From Dehalococcoidia bacterium (GTDB lineage: Bacteria > Chloroflexota > Dehalococcoidia > DSTF01 > RBG-16-68-14), in NCBI GenBank assembly GCA_040882355.1, contig JBBEBM010000047.1:1-64000 (forward strand): a DNA stretch of 64,000 nucleotides. The letters are read 5' to 3'. The position numbers and the translations under genes were made by a program. The notes below the pieces were generated by a model. The model ran no database searches, had not been told where the DNA came from, and was given only the letters and a program-made list of their open reading frames with translations. The number at the start of each line of letters is the position of its first letter. The stretch's first letter is position 1. This document shows positions 56,985-64,000 of this stretch, piece by piece.

Positions 56985-57218
56985 TCACTCCGGGAACGTG
57001 ACGAGCGAGGTCGTGCTTTCGACGCCGGCGACCGTGCGGATGCGGTCGCTCAAGATGGCGGGAACGTCTGAGAGGTTCTCGACCTCGATCTCGACCACGA
57101 TATCGTACGGGCCCATCACTTCGTGGCATTCGACGACGCCGGGCACGCTGTGCAACGCGGCGTAGACCTCCTTGGTGGCGCCGGGATTCGCGACGACGAG
57201 AACGTACGCCTTAATCAT
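56985..57218 (-). CDS. Lrp/AsnC ligand-binding domain protein
   Basis: AYVLV, V.GPYDIVV, IR...GV.ST.S. Confidence 0.9.
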   Translation of the reverse strand: MIKAYVLVVANPGATKEVYAALHSVPGVVECHEVMGPYDIVVEIEVENLSDVPAILSDRIRTVAGVESTTSLVTFPE

Positions 57219-57406
57219 GGTAGTACCTCCGTATCAGCGCTCCGGCGCGGAGCCGCGGCGCATAACCTACGTCTCACTAGTACACCTGAGAGCCGCCGTT
57301 GGTCAATACAAGCTGGTGAGCGTTGGTCGTCGAGGTGATTGCCTCGCTCGCGATTATGTCGACTAGTCCCTCGCATCGAGCGGCCATCCGCTAGAATGGC
57401 CAGGCG

Positions 57407-57814
57407 ATGCCAGCAAACCAACAGCCATTGACTGGCAACGAGCCGCTCGTTCGGGTCGCGCCCGAATTCTTCGTGCGCGACATCGGAGCGTCCGTCGCGT
57501 TCTACCTGCGGCTCGGTTTCGCCGCGTTGCGCCAGGAGCCCGATTTCGCGGTCATGGCCCTGGGCGACGCACACGTGCTACTCGCCGACGAACGGCTGGC
57601 CGGCGGACAGCTCCGCGACGCTTCAGCTGTGCGTGGCGCCGGCGTGAACATTCGGATCATGGTCGAAGACGTCGATGCGATGCACAGGCTCGCGACAGCG
57701 GCCGGCGCGTCGATCGTCCATGACATCGCCGACCGATCCTATGGCCTGCGCGACTTCATCATGGCCGACCCCGACGGCTTCCTGCTGCGCTTCGCCTCGC
57801 CTCTTCATAGCTAA
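57407..57814 (+). CDS. VOC / bleomycin-resistance-like protein
   Basis: VRDIGASVAFY..LGF, YGLRDF..ADPDGFLLRF. Confidence 0.88.
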   Translation: MPANQQPLTGNEPLVRVAPEFFVRDIGASVAFYLRLGFAALRQEPDFAVMALGDAHVLLADERLAGGQLRDASAVRGAGVNIRIMVEDVDAMHRLATAAGASIVHDIADRSYGLRDFIMADPDGFLLRFASPLHS

Positions 57815-57895
57815 CGTCTCGGGCGAGGCGCGTCCTGTACAATAGCAACGACATGAGAGCACCGCCGTCCGCCGGGCCAGTCCGGAGCTAGCCGC

Positions 57896-59368
57896 GTGGC
57901 GACCGCCGCCGCCCGCACGCTCGATAAGCGGCTCATACACCGCCTGGAGGGCGTCGTGGGCCGGGACGGGCTCCTCTGGCGGCCTGAGGAGGTGCTGGCG
58001 TACGAGTACGACGGCACGATCGAGAAGGCACAGCCCCAGGCAGTCGTCTTCCCGACCAGCGCCGAGCAGGTCTCGCAGGTCGTTCGCATCGCCCTCAACG
58101 CCGGGCTGCCGGTGACACCGCGCGGCGCGGGCACCGGCCTCAGCGGCGGCGCGGTCGCCGCGCTGGGCGGCGTGGTGGTTGCGCTGACCCGCATGACGCG
58201 AATCGTGGAGGTAGACGCCGCGAACCGCCTCGCCGTTGTCGAGCCCGGCGTCGTCAACCTGGAGCTCTCAAAGGCCGTCGACGGCCTCGGCCTATATTAC
58301 GCGCCCGACCCCTCGAGCCAGCGCGCCTGCACGCTTGGCGGCAACGTCGCCGAGAACGCCGGCGGGCCCCACTGCCTCGCTTACGGCGTGACGACAAACC
58401 ACATTCTCGGCCTGGAGGTCGTGCTGCCGGACGGCGAGATCGCCTGGTTGGGCGGCCGCGCGCGAGAGACGCCGGGCTACGACCTTCGCGGCGTTTTCGT
58501 CGGCTCCGAGGGTACGCTGGGCATCGCGACGAAGATCGTCGTGCGGCTGCTGCGCAAGTCCGAGGCGACCCGCACGCTGCTCGCGATCTTCGACGAGGTC
58601 GATCAGGCGAGCGAGGCCGTCTCGGCGATCATCGGCGGCGGCACTGTTCCGTCCGCGCTCGAGATGATGGACCGCGAGATCATCCGCGCCGTCGAACCGG
58701 CGCTGCACGTCGGGTATCCGCTCGATGCTGGCGCCGTTCTGCTGATCGAGGTCGACGGCCTGCGCGAGGCGGTCATCGAGCAGGCCGCGGCTGTGCGGGA
58801 GGTCTGCCTCGCCCAGGGCGCACGCGAGGTGCGCGAGGCCGAGGACGCCGCCGAGCGCGAGCGGCTCTGGGCAGGCCGCAAGGGTTCGATCAGCGCGCTC
58901 GGCCGGCTCGCGCCGAACTACTACGTGCTGGACGGCGTCGTGCCGCGTACGAAGCTGCCGCAAGTGCTGCGCCGCGTCTACGAGACCTGCGAGCGCTACG
59001 GTTTCCCCGTCGCCAACGTCTTTCACGCGGGCGATGGCAACCTTCACCCCAACATCCTCTTCGACGAGCGCCGCCCGGGTGAGACGGCGCGCGTGTTGGA
59101 GGTCGGCGCCGAGATCATGCGTCTCTGCGTTGACGCCGGCGGGAGCATCACGGGCGAGCATGGCGTCGGGCTGGAGAAGCGCAGCTTCATGGAGTGGATC
59201 TTCTCGGAGGCGGACCTGGCGGCGATGGCGAAGGTGAAGGCCGCCTTCGGTTCGAACGATCTCTACAACCCGTGCAAGCTCTTCCCGACGGGCAAGGGCT
59301 GCGGCGAGGTGACGCAGGCGCGGATCGAGCGCGTGATGGCGCAGGTGGGGCCGGATGCGTACATCTAG
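57896..59368 (+). CDS. glcD: Glycolate oxidase FAD-linked subunit
   Basis: RGAGTGLSGG, PDPSSQ..CTLGGNVAENAGGPHC, HAGDGNLHP, GEHGVG.EK. Confidence 0.92.
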   Translation: MATAAARTLDKRLIHRLEGVVGRDGLLWRPEEVLAYEYDGTIEKAQPQAVVFPTSAEQVSQVVRIALNAGLPVTPRGAGTGLSGGAVAALGGVVVALTRMTRIVEVDAANRLAVVEPGVVNLELSKAVDGLGLYYAPDPSSQRACTLGGNVAENAGGPHCLAYGVTTNHILGLEVVLPDGEIAWLGGRARETPGYDLRGVFVGSEGTLGIATKIVVRLLRKSEATRTLLAIFDEVDQASEAVSAIIGGGTVPSALEMMDREIIRAVEPALHVGYPLDAGAVLLIEVDGLREAVIEQAAAVREVCLAQGAREVREAEDAAERERLWAGRKGSISALGRLAPNYYVLDGVVPRTKLPQVLRRVYETCERYGFPVANVFHAGDGNLHPNILFDERRPGETARVLEVGAEIMRLCVDAGGSITGEHGVGLEKRSFMEWIFSEADLAAMAKVKAAFGSNDLYNPCKLFPTGKGCGEVTQARIERVMAQVGPDAYI

Positions 59369-59420
59369 GGGCCGCTCGGTCTCCTACGACGGAGTTCGCG
59401 GTCTGGGGTGGCTGCTGCAG

Positions 59421-59660
59421 ATGGTGCTCGGCGCTGTGGCGGGTGGGCTCGTGGTCCTGCTACTGGCAGTGTTCCGGGTGGATGTCTGCGGCGAGCGCTG
59501 GCAAGTTGCGCCGTTGGTGCTCCTCGCGGCGGCCGCACTCATGATGATCCCGATCATTCGACACGGCGCGACGCGGCTGATGTTCGGCACCTGCGCGCTA
59601 ATAGTCGCTGGCGTCGCGGCATGGATCCTCTATCTTGGCAGCGCGCTGGGGTGCGAGTAG
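59421..59660 (+). CDS. Small membrane protein (~3 TM)
   Basis: Hydrophobic ORF filling the gap within the operon; start uncertain. Confidence 0.55.
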   Translation: MVLGAVAGGLVVLLLAVFRVDVCGERWQVAPLVLLAAAALMMIPIIRHGATRLMFGTCALIVAGVAAWILYLGSALGCE

Positions 59661-59688
59661 TTGTGTACACGTCTCGGAGACTTTCGAT

Positions 59689-60795
59689 ATGAGCGAGTCG
59701 CCTTTGCCGCTGACCTCGGATGAGATCACCGTCGAGTGGCTGAACGCGGCGCTAAGCGAGAGCAATGCGTTCAAAGGAGCGACGATTCGCTCGTTCGAAC
59801 GCGAGGTGATCGGCGAAGGCGTGGGCTTCGTCGGCGAGCTGTCGCGGATCACGCTTCGGTACGACGAGCCATCTGGCGCCGCGCCTCGTTCGCTGATCGC
59901 CAAGCTGCCGACACGCGACGATACGGTGCGAAACATCGCGCAGGTCTTCGGCTTCTACGAGCGCGAAGTCCACTTCTACGAAGAGATGGCGGAGCATGTC
60001 AGCGTGCGCACGCCGAAGCGCTACTACAGCGCGATGGAGCCCGGATCGGCGCGATTCGTCCTGCTGATCGAGGACCTGGCGCCCGGGCGCTGCGGCGACC
60101 AGATCGCCTCGTGCTCGCTGGACGAGGCGAAGCTCGCGCTGACGGAGTTGGCGAAGCTCCAGGCGTCATGGTGGAACAGCCCGAGGTTTGCCGAGTTCAC
60201 GTGGCTGCCCGCGGTCGACGATCCGATACTGCGCCAGGTCCTGGCGGTGCTCTATCAGCAGTCGTGGCCGTTCTTCGTCGAGAAGTTCAGCGGCCAACTG
60301 CCCGACGGGATCTTCGATGTCGGCGAGCGGTTCGGCGCGACCTTCGTGACGTTGGCGGACGGTCTGGGCGCGCGCCCCACCACGATCGTTCACACCGACT
60401 TCCGGCTGGACAACATGTTCTTCGAGCTGGCGGACGGCAACCCGTTCGCGCTGGTCGACTGGCAGATAGTGCAGCGAGGCCTCGGCGCGGGCGACGTGAC
60501 GTACTTCCTGGCAGGCAACTTCCCGATAGAAGTGCGGCGGGCGCACGAGGCTGAGCTTGTGCGCGTCTACCACGACGCGCTGCTCAGTCACGGCGTCTCG
60601 GACTACGACTTCGACCAGTGCTGGGAGGACTACCGGCTGGCGGCGCTGTTCATGCTGATCTTCCTCGTCACCGGTCGCGAGCAGGTGGACCTGGGCGCAT
60701 ACAACGAGCGCGCGCAGACACTGATCGACACGATGATGGTGCGCTACACGACGGCGATTCTCGATCTGAACGCAGCCGAGTTCCTGCCGGGCTAG
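59689..60795 (+). CDS. Phosphotransferase (EcKinase/DUF1679-like, APH superfamily)
   Basis: IGEGVGFVG, LIAK, YEREVHFY, LLIEDL, HTDFRLDNMFF, VDWQ. Confidence 0.88.
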   Translation: MSESPLPLTSDEITVEWLNAALSESNAFKGATIRSFEREVIGEGVGFVGELSRITLRYDEPSGAAPRSLIAKLPTRDDTVRNIAQVFGFYEREVHFYEEMAEHVSVRTPKRYYSAMEPGSARFVLLIEDLAPGRCGDQIASCSLDEAKLALTELAKLQASWWNSPRFAEFTWLPAVDDPILRQVLAVLYQQSWPFFVEKFSGQLPDGIFDVGERFGATFVTLADGLGARPTTIVHTDFRLDNMFFELADGNPFALVDWQIVQRGLGAGDVTYFLAGNFPIEVRRAHEAELVRVYHDALLSHGVSDYDFDQCWEDYRLAALFMLIFLVTGREQVDLGAYNERAQTLIDTMMVRYTTAILDLNAAEFLPG

Positions 60796-60802
60796 CTGTC
60801 TT

Positions 60803-62152
60803 ATGTCGAGTATCCTCTCCCCTGCGGCCAGCCTAGAGCCCGCGCTGAGCGATATCCTCGGCGGCGCCCTGACGTCGGGCGACGCGTCTTACGCAGTGGA
60901 CGGCCTCGTTGCGACCTTCGTTGCGGCGCCCGGGTCGGCCGAGCAGATCGCGGCGGCGCTCGCGGCGGCCGATGAGCACGGCGCAGCGGTCGTTCCCTGG
61001 GGCGCCGGGCGCCACATGGCGCTGGGCAACGTACCGCGGCGGTACGACCTTGCCCTCAGCACGACGAAGCTCGACCGCGTCGTCGAGTACGAGCCTGCCG
61101 ACCTTGTGTTGACGGTCGAGGCGGGCATGACGATGGGCCAGCTCCAGGCGCTGCTCGCGGAGCATCGCCAGTTCCTGCCGATAGATGCGCCGCCGGAGGC
61201 GACGGTCGGCGGACTGCTCGCGGCAGGCGTAAGCGGGCCATCGCGCCACGCGTACGGTCTGCCGCGCGACTGGCTGATCGGCTGTCGCGTCGCGCACGTC
61301 GACGGCACGATCTCGAAGGGTGGCGGTCGCGTCGTGAAGAACGTCGCGGGCTACGACCTCCCGAAGCTCGCGATCGGTTCGCTGGGCACCCTGGGCGTGA
61401 TCGTGGAGGCGACGGTCAAGGTGGCGCCGCTTCCGCCAAGGCACGAGACGGCCTTCGTCACGTGTGCGTCGCTGGAGGCGGCCGGCGCGCTCGTCTCCGC
61501 CGCCGACGATCGCGGCCTGGCGCTGCGCGCCGTCGCGATCGCCGACGTCGCGGCAGCGAGCGCGCTGCTCAACGTGCCGTTCGCCGGGGCTGCGCTTGCC
61601 GGGTTCTGGCTCGCCGGGCCTGCGTCGGCGGTCGAACGCACGCGCCGGGAGCTGGGCCAGCTCGGTGGCGAGACGCAGCGGCTCGACGACGCGGCGTCCG
61701 AGCAGTGGTGGGCGCAACTGAGCGAGCCGAATGTTGTCGAAAGCGCGATGACGCTTCGAGCGTCGCTCACGCCTACCAGCGTCGTGGAGTTCATGCGCCA
61801 CCTCGCCGAGATCGGGCGCGAGCTGGGCGTGAGCATCGCCACCGTCGCCTACCCGACGACCGGCCTCGTCCTCGCGAGCGTGGCCGAGGCGCCGCCGGGC
61901 GAGCTCGTGAGGATCGTCGAGCGCGCGCGCAAGTTCGCAGTCGAGGCAGGCGGCACGCTCGTGATCACATCAGCGCCCGTCGATGTGAGGAAGCGTATCA
62001 ATGTATGGGGCGACCCTTCGGCGGGCTCCCGCCCAGGCGAGTCTGCGACAGGGCAGGCTCCTGGCAGCGCCCTATCGCTGATGCGACGCGTCAAGGAGCA
62101 GTTCGATCCACGCGGCACGATCAATCCGGGCCGCTTCATGGGAGGGCTGTAG
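60803..62152 (+). CDS. glcE: Glycolate oxidase FAD-binding subunit with 15-aa repeat-derived insert
   Basis: EYEPADL, ATVGG, GGRVVKNVAGYDLPKL.IGSLGTLG, KEQFDP...NPGR. Confidence 0.9.
   Translation: MSSILSPAASLEPALSDILGGALTSGDASYAVDGLVATFVAAPGSAEQIAAALAAADEHGAAVVPWGAGRHMALGNVPRRYDLALSTTKLDRVVEYEPADLVLTVEAGMTMGQLQALLAEHRQFLPIDAPPEATVGGLLAAGVSGPSRHAYGLPRDWLIGCRVAHVDGTISKGGGRVVKNVAGYDLPKLAIGSLGTLGVIVEATVKVAPLPPRHETAFVTCASLEAAGALVSAADDRGLALRAVAIADVAAASALLNVPFAGAALAGFWLAGPASAVERTRRELGQLGGETQRLDDAASEQWWAQLSEPNVVESAMTLRASLTPTSVVEFMRHLAEIGRELGVSIATVAYPTTGLVLASVAEAPPGELVRIVERARKFAVEAGGTLVITSAPVDVRKRINVWGDPSAGSRPGESATGQAPGSALSLMRRVKEQFDPRGTINPGRFMGGL
62015..62059 (+). repeat. In-frame composite repeat insertion in glcE (PSAGS-RPGESAT-GQA)
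   Basis: CCTTCGGCGGGCTC[CCGCCCAGGCGAGTCTGCGAC]AGGGCAGGCT; 14-nt core identical to the reverse complement of 26923-26936. Confidence 0.75.
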
Positions 62153-62153
62153 C

Positions 62154-63440
62154 GTGGTCGAGCCGCATACCGAGATCGTCGACCGGCCGTCGCCGGAGGA
62201 CCTGAGCCAGTGCGTGCACTGCGGCTTCTGCCTCCAGCAGTGCCCGACCTACCTGCAGCTCGGCCTCGAGACCGATTCGCCGCGCGGCCGCATCCACCTG
62301 ATCCGCGCCGTCGCCGAGGGCCAGGTCGAGCCGACGCCGTCGCTGGTCGGCCATCTCGACCTCTGCTTGCAGTGTCGCGCCTGCGAGACTGCGTGCCCCT
62401 CGAGTGTGCCGTTCGGCCGGATCATGGAGTCGGGCCGGGCGATGCTGGTGCAGCAGGGCAACGTGCCGTTCGCCTGGCGGCTGCGCGTCTGGCTGCTCAA
62501 GCAGACGCTCCCCTACCCGGCGCGACTGCGGGCGCTCTTCGGCTTGCTGCGACTGTACCAGCGCAGCGGCCTCCAGCGTTTGCTGCGAGCGACGCGCCTG
62601 CTGCGGGCGCTGCCAGGCGGCCTCGCTGATGCGGAGTCGATGCTGCCGGACGTGCCCGCGCGGGCCTACAGGGCTCCGGCCGCCACCGACGACGCCGGAA
62701 CTCGACGCGTCGCGCTGCTCACGGGCTGCGTGATGCCGATCCTGTACCCGCGCACACACGAGGCAACGGTGCGCGTGCTGGCGCGCAACGGCATCGACAC
62801 GGTCGCCCCGGCGGAGCAGCGCTGCTGCGGCGCACTCAGCCTCCACGCCGGCGATCGCCGCACCGCGCGCGACCTGGCCCGGCGCAACATCGATGCGTTC
62901 CTCTCAGCGAACGTCGAGGCCGTCGTCGTCAACTCGGCCGGCTGCGGGTCGACGCTGAAGGAGTACGGCGAGCTGCTGGAGCGCGACGAAGCGTACGCCG
63001 TGAAGGCGCGCCGCTTCTCGTCGCTGGTGCGCGACGTGAGCGAGTACCTCACTGAGCTGCCCTTCCAGGCGCCAAAGGACTCCCTGCCGAAACGGGTGAC
63101 CTACCAGGACTCCTGCCACCTGGTGCACGCGCAGCAGGTGCGCTCCGCTCCCCGCGAGCTGCTGCGCTCGATCCCGGGCCTGGAGCTGATCGAGCTGGAG
63201 ACGCCGGACCGCTGCTGTGGCAGCGCGGGCGTCTACAGCTTCGCCCAGCGCGAGATGTCGCTCCGGCTGCTCGACGACAAGATGCGGGACGTGGCGGCGA
63301 CCGGCGCGCCCGTGATCGCGACCGCGAACCCCGGCTGCATGATGCAGCTCGAGGCGGGCCTGCGGCGGCACGGGCTGGCGGGACGCGTTGTTCATGTGGT
63401 CGAGCTGCTGGACGAGGCGTACCGGGCGGAGGAGGTATGA
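62154..63440 (+). CDS. glcF: Glycolate oxidase iron-sulfur subunit
   Basis: CVHCGFCLQQCPTY, SPRGR, CLQCRACETACPS, two CCG domains, ANPGC. Confidence 0.92.
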   Translation: MVEPHTEIVDRPSPEDLSQCVHCGFCLQQCPTYLQLGLETDSPRGRIHLIRAVAEGQVEPTPSLVGHLDLCLQCRACETACPSSVPFGRIMESGRAMLVQQGNVPFAWRLRVWLLKQTLPYPARLRALFGLLRLYQRSGLQRLLRATRLLRALPGGLADAESMLPDVPARAYRAPAATDDAGTRRVALLTGCVMPILYPRTHEATVRVLARNGIDTVAPAEQRCCGALSLHAGDRRTARDLARRNIDAFLSANVEAVVVNSAGCGSTLKEYGELLERDEAYAVKARRFSSLVRDVSEYLTELPFQAPKDSLPKRVTYQDSCHLVHAQQVRSAPRELLRSIPGLELIELETPDRCCGSAGVYSFAQREMSLRLLDDKMRDVAATGAPVIATANPGCMMQLEAGLRRHGLAGRVVHVVELLDEAYRAEEV

Positions 63441-63967
63441 CACTGATGCGTGAGTTGCTCCTAGACTTCGCGACAGTTGGCCGTACCGCGGCGCGCATCA
63501 TCGCGGTCGTCGTCGTACTAGCGTGTACTTACCTGACGCTGGTCGTTATCGCAACGCTCATCTGCGACTCCAGATCGGAAGAGGCGCGGCCGCTGGAGAC
63601 CTTCTTCTGGATCATTCTGCCTGTTCCCGTACCGCTCCTGCTTGGAGTTCTGTTCGGCAGGCGGATTCCGGGATCAGAGCTTCTGCTGATCAGCATCGGT
63701 TCAATAGTCGCGGCTTCTGGGGCGCTGCTCTGGTGGGTCGGCGGGGTCGTCTGGATGCCTCTAGGTTGGATTGTCCTCATGCTTGGTTGCGGCAAGATGG
63801 CACGGGTCCGAATCTGGCCAGGCGTAAGGCGGGCGTGGCTGGATCAGCCTGACGATGGTTCCCTGCGGGCCGCGCTCATCAGCGCGCCGAGTACCAGTCC
63901 TCGCGGCTTGACCGAAGAGTTCTGGCGTTGGCTCAACAGGCCTCAGCCGCCGCGGAGCTTGTCGTGA
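63437..63967 (+). CDS. Hypothetical membrane protein
   Basis: GGAGG RBS, ATGA overlap with glcF, ~4 TM. Confidence 0.6.
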   Translation: MTLMRELLLDFATVGRTAARIIAVVVVLACTYLTLVVIATLICDSRSEEARPLETFFWIILPVPVPLLLGVLFGRRIPGSELLLISIGSIVAASGALLWWVGGVVWMPLGWIVLMLGCGKMARVRIWPGVRRAWLDQPDDGSLRAALISAPSTSPRGLTEEFWRWLNRPQPPRSLS

Positions 63968-64000
63968 CCGCGCCCATCCACATCCGAGGGCAAGCCGGCG

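Noticed and set aside
1..64000. Many long alternative-frame and antisense ORFs in the ORF track (e.g. 4270-5961, 30221-31513, 42319-43803)
   Set aside because: Shadow ORFs expected at high GC; they overlap well-supported genes and carry no motifs.

Overview
High-GC bacterial chromosomal window. Gene content and style (N-extended GuaA, doubled HisG, dapL, flexitail-type surface proteins, LPxAG anchor) point to a Chloroflexota/Dehalococcoidia organism; this taxonomy is an inference. Most of it is housekeeping: long-chain acyl-CoA ligase, an RpoD-like sigma factor, a glycosyltransferase cluster, thiolase, tRNA(CAT), miaA-dinB-dinB-dapF-GNAT-dapL, rpiB-polyprenyl synthase-ABC-pgk-apgM-tpiA, tsaC, guaA, hisZ-hisG-X-hisD-hisC-hisB and glcD-X-kinase-glcE-glcF. 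No CRISPR array, prophage, transposase or rRNA was seen. The notable signals are: (1) a nested system of tiny palindromic repeats, in which a 21-27 nt element inserts at TG^A inside other repeats; an apparent empty site is present in the window and one composite copy sits in frame inside glcE; (2) a shared ~120-130 aa Cys-bracketed, dockerin-like ('flexitail'-type) module on three different secreted cargos (RCC1+lipase, Kelch, subtilase), one next to an LPEAG-anchored RCC1 protein; (3) a Zn-ribbon microprotein upstream of a divergent RpoD paralogue, behind a near-consensus promoter; (4) a tandem HisG-HisG with a degenerate first half, and a Zn-dependent PLC-like gene coupled to hisD (candidate histidinol-phosphatase); (5) four single-base frameshifts, which may be pseudogenisation or assembly errors.
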